Source: an uncultured delta proteobacterium (GTDB taxonomy: Bacteria; Desulfobacterota; Desulfomonilia; Desulfomonilales; Desulfomonilaceae). From it: 64,000 nucleotides of DNA. The position numbers and the translations under genes were made by a program. The notes below the pieces were generated by a model. It was not told the origin of the DNA. It saw only the letters and a list, made by a program, of their open reading frames with translations, and did not search any database. The DNA lies in NCBI GenBank assembly GCA_963789265.1, contig CAWBKB010000005.1, forward strand, positions 352,001-416,000. Reading direction: 5' to 3'. Below, piece after piece: positions 40,830 through 51,320 of this stretch; position 1 is the stretch's first letter; the number at the start of each line of letters is the position of its first letter.

Positions 40830-41714
40830 CTATACTTCTATGCCCAATTTACGCATCCAGGCTTTGATCTTGTCTTCCTGGCCTCCGGCCAGGGCTATCG
40901 GTTCGGCGACGGTCGGTCCGCAGACACCTTGAAGGTGAAGGCCGAACTTAATGACTGCTGCAGCCATGCCGAAACTGCCTATCAACGGGATGTAAGACGC
41001 CCGTTTTTGCAAAATAATCGCTTCGTCGTGACGTCCTTGCATGAACGCATCATAGACAGCGGTGCAGGCTTTGGGCGCCAAGCTGCATCCGGCATAAATT
41101 CCTCCTTTTGCGCCATGGATATATCCCGCCAGGCCTAAAGCAGGATTACCAATCATCACGTCAAAATCCATCCCGGAGGTCACTTCAAGATACCGCTGCA
41201 GATTAATAAAATCACCGCAGCTGTCCTTAATACCGATAATTTTGGGATGAGCCGCAAGTTTTTCAACAGTTTCTGGCGCAATTGGTGTCTTTGTCATTTG
41301 GGGAAAATTGTACATTGTGACCGGTTTCTTCGAGACATCGGCAATAGATAGATAGTATCGCGTAATGGAAGCTTGATCCAAAGGGAAATAATATGGAATG
41401 GCCACAAGAACCCAGTCTGCCTTGGTTTTCTCGGCCGCCTTCACCTGTTCAAGCGTCCTTTGAGTACCGGGCTCACCACAGCCGATCAATACCGGAACTT
41501 TACCATTTACTTCATCCAGCGCTGTTTCGATGGCATCCTGCCGCATTGATTCGGTCATTGCAGGAAATTCTCCGGTGCTTCCCAAAACTACGATGCCGTG
41601 CACACCTCCTTTCAAACAATACTGTACCACGTTGCGCAACCCCGCCTTATCTACTTTTTCGTCAGTGGTCAAAGGCGTCACCATTGCCGGATATACTCCT
41701 TTTAACCCCAACAC
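40830..41714 (-). CDS. DHDPS/N-acetylneuraminate lyase family aldolase
   Basis: GVYPAMVTP, LGSTGE, YNFPQMT, IGIKDS. Confidence 0.9.
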   Translation of the reverse strand: MLGLKGVYPAMVTPLTTDEKVDKAGLRNVVQYCLKGGVHGIVVLGSTGEFPAMTESMRQDAIETALDEVNGKVPVLIGCGEPGTQRTLEQVKAAEKTKADWVLVAIPYYFPLDQASITRYYLSIADVSKKPVTMYNFPQMTKTPIAPETVEKLAAHPKIIGIKDSCGDFINLQRYLEVTSGMDFDVMIGNPALGLAGYIHGAKGGIYAGCSLAPKACTAVYDAFMQGRHDEAIILQKRASYIPLIGSFGMAAAVIKFGLHLQGVCGPTVAEPIALAGGQEDKIKAWMRKLGIEV

Positions 41715-41746
41715 ACATTCTCCTTCCTACAATGAAATGACGATGG

Positions 41747-42560
41747 GCCTATCTGGATGACTCGTCTTACCCCAATAGGTTGTGGGGCAGTCGTTTATTG
41801 ATCCCACCCCGGATTTGGTGAGAGTTTTGTACAGGCCCCTTGATAAGTCCCTGTCAGCCAACGTTTCAACAGAGAAGCCACTCGGCTCACCCTGGGCAGA
41901 AGGTTGTCTCCCATATCCACTCTCTTGCGTATCTTCTTATGGCGATAACCATGTACCGCTCGCGGTGAGTAACCTGACCAGCCATCAGTTTGTACCGCGC
42001 TTTCTGGCTCCACACACTGTTCTATGGCCGGAAAGAGACTTGAAGAGAGTGCATCGGCTACCCGAAGAAGCCGAATACGTCTGATCCTCCGGCCGTCCTG
42101 TTCTGCAGCTATCAGGACCAAAGCCTTGACACCAGCTTCTCGAACGTAAGTCCCTTTCACGCCGCCCACGTATATCTCGTCATCCTCTGTTGTTCCCGAT
42201 AGACGGTCTCGTCCCGGGCGAACCATCGCACGTCGAAGTTTGTGCAGCCCTGGCCACGCCGTTTCGTAGCTCCCCAGCCCCAGGGACCACTTTCAGGTCC
42301 AAGGCGCTCATATCCTGCTTCTGGGTTGTCACATACCACATTGCGCGGAATCATAGTGGCAGAGACTTCTTTGTGTCCTGGAAAACCGTGCCAACCAGGC
42401 GTGGGATGGTTTCCAGAAGCCCGAAATGTTTGCCGTGTCTGCTCCCACAAGATCGGACAGAGACAGAAACGTTGTCCTGTTACCGATAAAGCCTGTAGTT
42501 CCCAATTTCTGAGGGCGCCAGAGGCGTCTTGCTAAGATTCCTTTGAAAAATGCAGCATGC
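41747..42560 (-). mobile_element. Degenerate IS1595-family element
   Basis: DEIYVGG, QTDGWSGY, LPRVSRVASLLKRWLTGTYQGA; several frameshifts. Confidence 0.8.
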
Positions 42561-42649
42561 ATCCCTCATCATTGGGACCCATTGGTTTTCAGGGGAAGGC
42601 CAAAGGTGCCAAAACAGTGCCGCAAGGATTTCGCCTTCGTCCCCTTTCC

Positions 42650-43153
42650 CTAGCCGTCGTCCCGCACGCGCCGCCCATAATAAAAATGTCCTGTTTCTTC
42701 ACCATCGAAATCAGCGACCCGAGGCATGTAACCCCATTTTTCAAAGCCCATTTTGTCCAGTAGCTTCAGGCTGGCTGCATTACGTTCCAGGACAATCGCA
42801 AAAAGATTCTTAATCCCGAGTCCAGGACAAGTCACTATCGCATGCCCGACTAAGGCGTTTGCCACGCCCTTCCGATCATATTCTAGTGCAACGTAACAAC
42901 TGATTTCCGCTGTGGATCGGAGCGCGGCACGACCAGGCCGATAAGGACTCAGGCTGCACCACCCCGCAATTTGTTCATTCACTTCCGCTATAAAAATCGG
43001 ATAGTTCTCGGGACTGTGTTCCAGAAACCAATTGGTTCGCTGTTCAACTTGCACTGGCAGTGTATCCGCCGTAGAACATTGCGATGGAATGGACTGGTTG
43101 TAGATGTCCACAATAGTGGGGAGGTCTTCAATTTGAGCCAATCGAATTATCAT
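42650..43153 (-). CDS. GNAT acetyltransferase (phosphinothricin acetyltransferase-like)
   Basis: DLPTIVDIYN, GWCSLSPYR, TAEIS, NAASLKL..GFEKWG. Confidence 0.9.
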   Translation of the reverse strand: MIIRLAQIEDLPTIVDIYNQSIPSQCSTADTLPVQVEQRTNWFLEHSPENYPIFIAEVNEQIAGWCSLSPYRPGRAALRSTAEISCYVALEYDRKGVANALVGHAIVTCPGLGIKNLFAIVLERNAASLKLLDKMGFEKWGYMPRVADFDGEETGHFYYGRRVRDDG

Positions 43154-43278
43154 ACGCTACACTCGCCGACCAAAGCTTGTCGATTGTCCCCGTCGGGGAA
43201 CGGGAGAACACCCTCGTCTTTAGGCGAAGATTGCAATAGGTCCGCAGTGCTGAAAACGTTGGACTGGTCACATATTCT

Positions 43279-43421
43279 CCGGAATTATGCGGCGGTCTTG
43301 TCATTCTGGGGCCTGTGCCCTGGAATCCTCTCTCCGCAGTGTCCCCCTTACACCGGAAAAGACCCAGATTGGCCCCTCAAGAAACAGGAGGATGGCAAAA
43401 TCGTCGTCACGTTCCCGAAAA
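43279..43421 (-). repeat. ~140 bp dispersed repeat, copy D
   Basis: Reverse complement TTTTCGGGAACGTGACGACG...ACCGCCGCATAATTCCGG. Confidence 0.7.
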
Positions 43422-43521
43422 CGTCTGATTTGCCACGTTTATGAGCGTACCTCACCCCAAACGACTGCGTCAAACAGTTTTCAGGTACGTACTCGTTAAG
43501 CGAATAGCCCCTTTTCCATCT

Positions 43522-44451
43522 TTATACTTTGCCATCCTGATCTCCCTCTCCCATGCGCCGGGCACTGTGAGTTTCCACTAGGAAGACCGCAAGCGTGGAG
43601 GCAGCACCAACAGCCAGTTTTGCATGTCTCGATTCGAGGCCTTTGCTTCTTGCCTCCTTTCCATGACCCGTACCATACTGGTTTCGCAACTCTGCAATCC
43701 CCTTAGTAATTGACGCAAGATTGCTCAGCAGGCGTTTGATTGTTTCCGAAGCTTTTGTTCGATCAGGAATATCTTCAGGCGTCAACTTGAGGTGTTTGGT
43801 CGTTAATTTTACCAACTGTGGCAGATCTGCGCTATCGGGTACCGGAACCTCGCACTCAGTCAATATGGTCTTGCAGCAGGACTCCACCAACTCCTTCGAG
43901 GTTCCAATGGCAAGTGCAGGATCGCTCTCCACGGCCGTTTCCATTCGAGTGATCTGCTGGGATACGTGAGCTGAGTCGGCGACTAACGCAGCCGCACTAA
44001 CTGCTGCGAGTCCCGGGGTCGTTACAACGCCTATATAGCGGCCCACGAAGACTGGCTTCCTCGAAAGCCGCATTTTTTCTATGATCTGAAAACCATCGCT
44101 CTTGAGGTGACCGTTGTACATCTGAACAAGCCTTTCCGCCTCTTCAACGTCCGGCCTCACGATCGGATGGACGGTTTCGCAAAGAAACCGTAGAACGGTC
44201 TCATCTTCGCAGCCCAGCAGATTGAACCGGCCATCGTAAAAAATCCAATCACTCTGCCAGTCATCGTTGTTGATCGTGTGTTGGACAATGTCTCCGTAAG
44301 CATTGTGGAACCGGTGATCACGGGAAGGAAGACTTTTCAGATCAAAAAGCCGCGACAAGAATTCAAGACCCTCAAGCCGACCGGCCCAGTGGCTTCCACT
44401 CAGAGACAGTGCGTCAAAGATGTCACGTCTGGTAACCTCACTGATCTTCAT
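43522..44451 (-). CDS. Abortive-infection protein (AbiJ-NTD3 + Abi_C/HEPN)
   Basis: ISEVTRRDIFD..GRLE..FLSRLFDL..FLCETVHPIVRPD; C-terminal LRNQYGTGHG..RHAKLAV. Confidence 0.85.
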   Translation of the reverse strand: MKISEVTRRDIFDALSLSGSHWAGRLEGLEFLSRLFDLKSLPSRDHRFHNAYGDIVQHTINNDDWQSDWIFYDGRFNLLGCEDETVLRFLCETVHPIVRPDVEEAERLVQMYNGHLKSDGFQIIEKMRLSRKPVFVGRYIGVVTTPGLAAVSAAALVADSAHVSQQITRMETAVESDPALAIGTSKELVESCCKTILTECEVPVPDSADLPQLVKLTTKHLKLTPEDIPDRTKASETIKRLLSNLASITKGIAELRNQYGTGHGKEARSKGLESRHAKLAVGAASTLAVFLVETHSARRMGEGDQDGKV

Positions 44452-44769
44452 TTTTTCACTCGCATGCGAGAGAGAGGCGTTGCCGTTTCCATGGACCAGA
44501 AGCCTTGCCTAATGCTGTCGGCGGTTATATCCCAGACCTTGAGGCGGCGCAAGCCACACTTTGGCCGCGGTATCTGGTCGCTCCGTGTCCAAGAATGCGA
44601 AAACTACAATGCGGACCAGGTGAGCGGCTGTCCGCGTGGATAATTCCTAACAAATATGATAGCGTAGGGTCCATGCCTGATACCACTGGGTGACTGCAGG
44701 CCTTGGCCTGTCATGTGAGCAAGTCTAGAACATGTTGGTCAGAAATTGGGGCTTGAGGAGCTTAGTACG

Positions 44770-45795
44770 ATGCGAGTTAGATTTTCTGTTGGAGAATTGG
44801 CCAACATCTTGAGCGAAACCGTGGGGTTCAAATCTGGATTGGCGCTGACTAGATCCGCATTGTTTGAATTAGTCGCAGGCGAGTCGGCTTACGCCAATCA
44901 GCTTGATTTGCCTGCTTACGAAACGATTGTCATGCGAGGAGAGGAATTTGACGAAATATATTACTTGGTTCTCTACAAATTAGGGGTAACAGATTCACCG
45001 ACCCCGACATCTCCCTTGGATTTCAATCTCTTTACGAGGTACAAAGATAAACCAAAGGAACTGGAAACGTTTTTGGGGGTGCAACGAATTTATGCAGAGG
45101 TCGCACGCGAGGAAATACATAAAGTCGAACTGACAGGAGAGGGGTCACTAGATCCAACAGAGTTCATTAAACGCTCTGCAAATAAGTTCGGGTCCCTGGG
45201 ACTTGAAATGGCCATGGAAACTATTCAAGGAGTGAACCACCATCTCAATCTTCATCCATTTTCGTCATTGCGCCGGGTCGAATGGAAAGAAATCCGAGAC
45301 TTGGAAGATCTATTCCTGAGCGAGAATATTCGTGCCGAACAGGGCAAATTTTTTGATCAGAGATTCATTGATTTTCTCAACCGAAATTTCGAGCAAATCG
45401 ACAATATCAATTGGCGCCAGTTTGAGGCATTGACGGCTGAATTCTTTGACCGGCTCGGCTATGATGTTGAGTTAGGCCCCGGACGGGACGATGAAGGAAT
45501 TGACGCTAGGGTTTGGGACAAGGGAATCAGCACTGGCGGGCCACCGCTTATAGTCATCCAATGCAAGAGACAAAAAGCCAAGGTTGAAAAGGTTGTAGTG
45601 AAGGCGCTTTGGGCAGACCTTAGTGCTGAACAAGCGAACTCAGGACTTATCGTTACAACGTCAGCACTTTCACCAGGCAGCGTAAAAACATGTCGAGCTA
45701 GAGGATACCCGATTGAGCAAGCAAATCGAAATAATTTAAGGAAATGGCTAGACCAATTGAGGACCCCTTGGTTTGGTGCCTTCATGGACGAGTGA
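44770..45795 (+). CDS. Mrr-like restriction endonuclease
   Basis: WRQFEALTAEFF..GYDVELGPGRDDEGIDA..IQCKR..GLIVTTS. Confidence 0.85.
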   Translation: MRVRFSVGELANILSETVGFKSGLALTRSALFELVAGESAYANQLDLPAYETIVMRGEEFDEIYYLVLYKLGVTDSPTPTSPLDFNLFTRYKDKPKELETFLGVQRIYAEVAREEIHKVELTGEGSLDPTEFIKRSANKFGSLGLEMAMETIQGVNHHLNLHPFSSLRRVEWKEIRDLEDLFLSENIRAEQGKFFDQRFIDFLNRNFEQIDNINWRQFEALTAEFFDRLGYDVELGPGRDDEGIDARVWDKGISTGGPPLIVIQCKRQKAKVEKVVVKALWADLSAEQANSGLIVTTSALSPGSVKTCRARGYPIEQANRNNLRKWLDQLRTPWFGAFMDE

Positions 45796-45999
45796 AGATA
45801 TATCGACTCGAATCAGGAAACGTCTCATGCAAGGCCCGTCCTCGTACCGTGTCAGAAGGGCTCGGTATGTTTGCGAGGTAGTCATGGCCGGGTACCGAGG
45901 ACAATCCTGCATTAGGAGGTCATACGCCAGGTCCTACACCTGTGATTGAAATCCCTAAAGTTCCCCCAACTCGCTCATGGTTCGGACTTGTTACCAAGA

Positions 46000-46253
46000 G
46001 AATCTCGCGGACTATTCAAGGAATTGATGACAGATTCTGCTCGCCGGTTCCTTGTGCTATATGAAAAGCCGAGGCAGCCGAGGTAGCCAAATTGGAAAGG
46101 ATTGACCAAATCGCTGAACAAGCCGGCCTTGTGACTGCATGGCATTACGGGCAGCAATTCCGAATATTTGTTCCTGCCCAAGAGCCTGCGCCGTCCACCT
46201 GGGAACCTCACGTGTGGGAATTTGACGAGAAAAGATCTACGGCAGTTCTGTGA
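46000..46253 (+). pseudogene. Decayed third copy of the initiator gene 5' end and promoter
   Basis: WHYGQQFRIFVPAQEPAPSTWEP..FDEK matches WHEYGKNFSAFVPEEQPFPEIWEP..DDK; shared GAATCTCGCGG and TTGTGCTA upstream. Confidence 0.65.
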
Positions 46254-46481
46254 CACATTCAGTAACCAACCTCCGAAAGCTAGCTCAACGCATTTTTCCT
46301 CCAAATCTTCGAAAAACGGCCATGCTAAGACATACCCCAATCCGTAACGTCGCTCAGAATCCATTCTAGATCCCTTATGGGACGAATCTCGCGGCCGATT
46401 ACGCCCACAGAAAACACGGTTCCTCAGCATGCCTTGCTTGTGCTAAAGTGAGCGACAACTATTCAAGTGTCGGGCGCCGCA

Positions 46482-47537
46482 ATGAACTCAGAGGAAGATC
46501 CCAAAGACACGGACGATCAAAGAGACGACTTGCTCAAGCAGTGGCACGAGTATGGGAAGAACTTTTCCGCCTTCGTGCCCGAGGAACAGCCTTTTCCCGA
46601 GATCTGGGAACCTGAAATTCCCGAGGCTGATGACAAGGGCCGCCTTCATATCCAGGCGCTAAAGCACTGGCAGCACCTGTTCCCCACTAGGGATTTCCTA
46701 CGCGACAGATATGAGCAATACCATATCTTGGAAGGCCCTTCTCTCCAGTTTGATTGTCTGGTTCCTAAATTTCAAAACCGCATGTATTACCGGGTCGTGG
46801 AAGATGAGTACGGCAATCCCTTGCATATTCCTGTCAAAGATACCCCTGAATGGTATCACTCCGCCCTGCGGATTGGAATATTTCAATGGCAGGTCGGGTT
46901 TTCGTGCCGCTCCGTGTTGTGCCAACGCAAATGGTGCAAACTCAATTTGGATAACCCGCAACGGATGAGCCCGATAGATATATACAGTCTGATTGATCTC
47001 TTCGAGGCTCGCGGGCCGGGCCAAGCCATGTCCATAGTGTCAAAATGGTTTGGCGTGAAGCTCAAGCGTCCTGGATCCAAAGGAACTGCTCAGGTCCAGG
47101 GTTATAGGCACTCGGTGTCAAAGCAGGCAGTATATGACCTATTTTCCCGATACGCCAGCATGAGACACTAACATGTTGAGGGTTTCATCAAGGAGGCGGT
47201 GGACCTGATAAAGGGTTCCCAGTTGGTACCCTGGCACGGGCGACTCTTTAATGCTGAATATGCTTTCTTAAGCAAAAAAGTAGTCAGCAACCTCTACCGT
47301 ATCAAGAGTCCCGCGGCCAAGGCTTATCTTTGGTTGCTCATACAGCAGGAGGAGACATCCCGAAACACCAGGGTCAAATTCAGTGCTACGGATGCGCAGT
47401 TGGCACAAGGGCTGGGAGTAAGCAAGACCACGGCGACAAAATACCGGGAGCAATTGCAAGGGTTGGGGCTGTTGAAGGCCCAAGCGGAAAGGGTCGGCAA
47501 AGTAGTTGAGATCAGGATCAAAAGTGCGAAATACTAG
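46482..47537 (+). CDS. Putative replication initiator (Cys-rich primase-ZBD-like region + C-terminal winged HTH) with an in-frame TAA at 47169-47171
   Basis: ORFs 46467 and 47199 share a frame; FSCRSVLC..PIDIY..AMSIVSKWFGVKL; KAYLWL..TDAQLAQGLGVSKTTATKYREQLQGLGLL. Confidence 0.6.
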
Positions 47538-47756
47538 GCCCCTACTTCAACTTGGCGGTGTCGAGGTCTTTTTGTAGGCGGGTACTACAAAATCCCTCTT
47601 CACATACCAATTATTAGTTATGCTAGATATCTTCATAGCTGATAGCCTTCGCTCTGTGGTGCCCTTAGTCCCTCCCGCCTCAGTTGCCCTGGTGATACCT
47701 CACCCTCTCTGAAAGACTATATATATGACTTAGCTTATCAATACGAGTATTTCTGA

Positions 47757-49427
47757 ATGAATGTCCCAGAGCTTAAATCCTTACTTACGCATAACAAAGA
47801 GCCTATAGCCGTAACAGCTCCTTTGATCTTACAAAATACTGCACTTATTGGCTTATACACTTCAGTTGGAGACTCTTACTGTGCAGAACTGCCTACCAGT
47901 GAGCTGAAACAAATAGGAGAATTACTGTACCAGCCTAAACGCTTTCCGATCACAGTCCACGGCTTAAAACGTATTTGGGAGTTCCTTGACCTTAACACCG
48001 ACGAGCTGGATCTCAAGCTCATTACTGATACTAAGCTCCTAGCGTACCTGCTCGATCCTGACGCCGGCGAGACTAACGGATTGACGCTTACGCATTTGGC
48101 TTATCAGTATTTGGGAGAGGAATACCCGCATATTGCCAGTGAAGTACAGGATAAGGGCGTGCTCAAAGCTTTAAGAAAGAGCCTGATGCGGGATGCCCAA
48201 GCAATCTGGTCCCTTGGTAAAGAGCTGCCACAACATATGTCCAAGGATCTGCTCAGGGTGTATCACCACCTGGAGCTGCCTTTAGTGGTCGGTACTGGAC
48301 CGTATGCGGAGAGTCGGAATAGGAGTTGATGGCGCTGCGGCTGTACAAAGTCAGAAGCCGCATTGTTAAAGAAATTGCCGAACTGGAACAGCGGATTACT
48401 GGCGGCGAGAAGCCTAACCTTATGTCTCCTTCTGAGGTATTCCAGTTGTTAATGAGACGCGGGGTCCGCTTTAAGAGTGAGTTCGTGTACGCTGTGCATA
48501 AGGTAATGACGCCTGCACTGGAGGAAATTAGCCACGTCTATCCTGTTGTTCAGGACTTACTCAATTGGCGAAGCAGAGTTACGGATTTGGCTTTTCTCCA
48601 CAAAGCTGCCGGTCAGATTCGGGTCCATCCTATTTGGCAGCAAACTCGTGCCGGGACTTCCCGCATTTATGCCCGTGATCCTGCAGGTACAGAATGTGAG
48701 TCGAGCTCTTCGTGAAAACATATTAGTTCCGGCTCCGGGAAAGGTACTCGTGAAAGCGGACTACTCACAGGCACAGCTACGGATTCTGGCGCACCTGTCC
48801 GGAGATCCTGCTCTGATTGATCTGTACCAACGAGGAGGAGATGCCCATGCTGAGACGGCTAAAATCCTGGACATTGACCGTGATGCTGCTAAAGAGGTGA
48901 ATTTCGGTATCTGTTTCGGCATCTCACCGGCAGGCTTGTGCGGCAAGGTCAATGCCGTCATAGCCAAAAAGAATCGTTCATTGGCCGTGGGAGAGCAAAC
49001 GCCATTGATCGACGAAGGGACAGCTCAAGCTTACATTGACGGCTTTCATTCACGGTATAGCGGTGTGCAGGACTTTTTCGAGAAGGAATGGAGGAAACTG
49101 AAAGCCCTTCCCATGGAGCGTCGTTCGGTGAAAAGTCTCCTGGGCAGAATCAGGCGATTTGATACCCGAGCGAATCCGGCTACCCAGCGGAGCTTTAGAG
49201 TGACTTGGCCGCAGCAAATAGAAGCTGATCTGATAAAGACGGCCATGGTACGCCTTGATTGTATTTTTACGAAGCGCAAGACGGGAGCACGAATTGTGAT
49301 GATGATCCATGATGCCTTGTGGGTCGAGGCACCGCACGCAGAAGCTGAACAGGTGAGGCACCTGCTAAGAAAAATGATGACCGCGATAGGCAAACTCAAG
49401 GTTCCTCTGGAAGTGGACCTCAAGTAA
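47757..49427 (+). CDS. Divergent stand-alone family A DNA polymerase (exo-like + pol domains, no 5' nuclease), three +1 frameshifts
   Basis: DTKLLAYLLDP, LELPL..VLDRMRRVGIGVD, motif A ADYSQAQLRILAHLSGD, motif B RDAAKEVNFGICFG, motif C IHDAL; extra bases at ~48291, ~48348, ~48686. Confidence 0.88.
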
Positions 49428-49860
49428 CCACCTTCAAGCCTCTGTCGATATCCCGCTTAGGGTGCCTTTTTGAGATAATTCGCTTTGTTTGATCTTCACC
49501 CGCTCTTGCCATTGATCTTCCAGTACCGAAGCTGATTTGTAATTTTTCCACCGATACAGAATAGGTGCGTCTCTCGATGGTGAACCGAAAGGGTACGGCG
49601 AAGATCTTCCTATGACGCGCGTTTCTCGCGCAACCAGAACGCCGTAGACGCGCGGAGGCAATTTACGGATACTCTGCCATACCCCGAATTAGAAAATCGC
49701 GCATTTCGCGGCTCAGGTGGCCTATAAGCGATGTCTTCTTTTGCTGGTTATCGAGGCTGTTCAGCAAGGGTCTAGCGAACCCGGCTTACCGTGCACCCAG
49801 AAAAATTAGATTGACCGTGGCCTGAGCAGTAAGGTACTTTCAAGAACCGATATAAGAGCC

Positions 49861-49997
49861 CTTTTCAGCAACATGACGGTTTTGCCTCGGTTGGGTTTTG
49901 TGGAAGGAGATAAGGGGCCTTCTCGGGACCCAGGGAGCCCCTGGCCCCTCATTGGCACCAAGACGCCCGAAATGGCAAGACCGCCGCATAATTCAGG
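49861..49997 (+). repeat. ~140 bp dispersed repeat, copy A
   Basis: TTTTCAGCAACATGACGG..GGAAGGAGATAAGGGGCCTT..CCGCATAATTCAGG. Confidence 0.75.
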
Positions 49998-50316
49998 ACT
50001 TCCCTGATAAAAGACTTTGAAATGGGATACTGATAAGGTTCGGCGGAGGCGGTCATGAGTAAGCCCTCTCAGACTTCCGGTGATCAGTGCTGGGCTATTG
50101 TGTGCAAATTTGGGATGGAGAGATTCGAGCCATTCTCGAAATTTACCCGACTGGCGGCTGGCTATCACCCCACGGAATCTGACTGTAGGCAAATATACAG
50201 GGAAATGGAAGTCCAAATTAATGAGCAAGACAATGAAGGATACCAAGAAAACAGTTCACCAGGTACGATCTGTGCCAAGTCCCCGGACTTGCACAGTGAG
50301 CGAGGCAAAGGATCAA

Positions 50317-51078
50317 ATGAACGGTTCAAATCTGGTAGAGGTGTACGACTCCCAGAGCGATAGGTACCGGCACGCCTTCCAGGTTTTTCTCGACCACACC
50401 GATCAGAAAGCCCGAGCTAAAGTTTGGCTGGATAGCTTGGTGCAGACCCTGCCGACCAAGGGTGTCTTCATCGATGTCGGCGCTGGTAACTTCGAAATCA
50501 CCGCCTGGTTCATCGACAGGTTCCAGCACACAATCGGAATTGAGCCGAACGCTTTCTTGTGCGACGAATTCCTCCGAAGGTGTCCGACAGCCGAAGTGAT
50601 CCCTCAAACTATTCTCGAGGCCCGGCCCGAAGTCCTGGGCGACCTAGTTCTTTGCTCCCATGTATTCTATTATATTCATCGATCAGAGTGGGTGCGGCAT
50701 TTACAAAAGCTGGTATCGTGGTTGTCTCCTGTCGGAGTCCTCGTGGTCGTACTGCAGAACCATCAGACGGACTGCATGGAGATGCTGGATCATTTTTTCG
50801 GTGAGCGATTCGACTTGCTTGCATTGGCCAAGGAATTTCAAGCCACGACGGGAGGCCGCTATCAAGTTAACATCGAGACTGTCCCGGCGTACGTGACCAG
50901 CGAGGACTTTGAAGCGGCATATATGATAGCTGAGTTCATTCTTAACGACCTACCAATACGCCATGCACCCTCCCGCACTGCTCTCGATGAATATGTGCGA
51001 GAGCACTTTGCTGAGCCCAATGGCGGATTTCGTTTTTCTTGCCATCAGGATTTCTTGCAGATTAGGCCCAGTGCGTGA
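50317..51078 (+). CDS. Class I SAM-dependent methyltransferase
   Basis: FIDVGAGN, IGIEPN, DLVLCSHVFYY, LSPVG. Confidence 0.85.
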   Translation: MNGSNLVEVYDSQSDRYRHAFQVFLDHTDQKARAKVWLDSLVQTLPTKGVFIDVGAGNFEITAWFIDRFQHTIGIEPNAFLCDEFLRRCPTAEVIPQTILEARPEVLGDLVLCSHVFYYIHRSEWVRHLQKLVSWLSPVGVLVVVLQNHQTDCMEMLDHFFGERFDLLALAKEFQATTGGRYQVNIETVPAYVTSEDFEAAYMIAEFILNDLPIRHAPSRTALDEYVREHFAEPNGGFRFSCHQDFLQIRPSA

Positions 51079-51320
51079 GTCGATACGTGAAATGTGTCGC
51101 CGGCTGGCTTCTTTTCACTTCTTGAATTGGGGCCGCGGGGCAGACAGGGAGATGACGGACACCCAAAGGGATGGTATGCTGGAAAACGGCCTGAAATGAG
51201 GTATCTTATGCACTGATGAACCAACCCGTCTACGTTGAGCTGATTGCAAGAACTAGAAAGGCCTTCTGAGTCGGATTCCGGTCTAATTTCCGGGTCCGTA
51301 CAAAAGCAGGAAGAATGTAG

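Larger units (their letters stand above)
30093..49427. mobile_element. Composite integrative element region next to tRNA-Val (right boundary undefined)
   Basis: int, xis, MTase, ParB-like, IHF, three copies of a replication module, defence and metabolic cargo, IS elements. Confidence 0.7.

Noticed and set aside
48285..48690. Programmed frameshifting in polA
   Set aside because: Three separate +1 events with no slippery heptamer, matching the window-wide indel pattern.
30093..49427. Prophage or conjugative ICE
   Set aside because: No terminase, capsid, tail, relaxase or T4SS genes recognised in the window.
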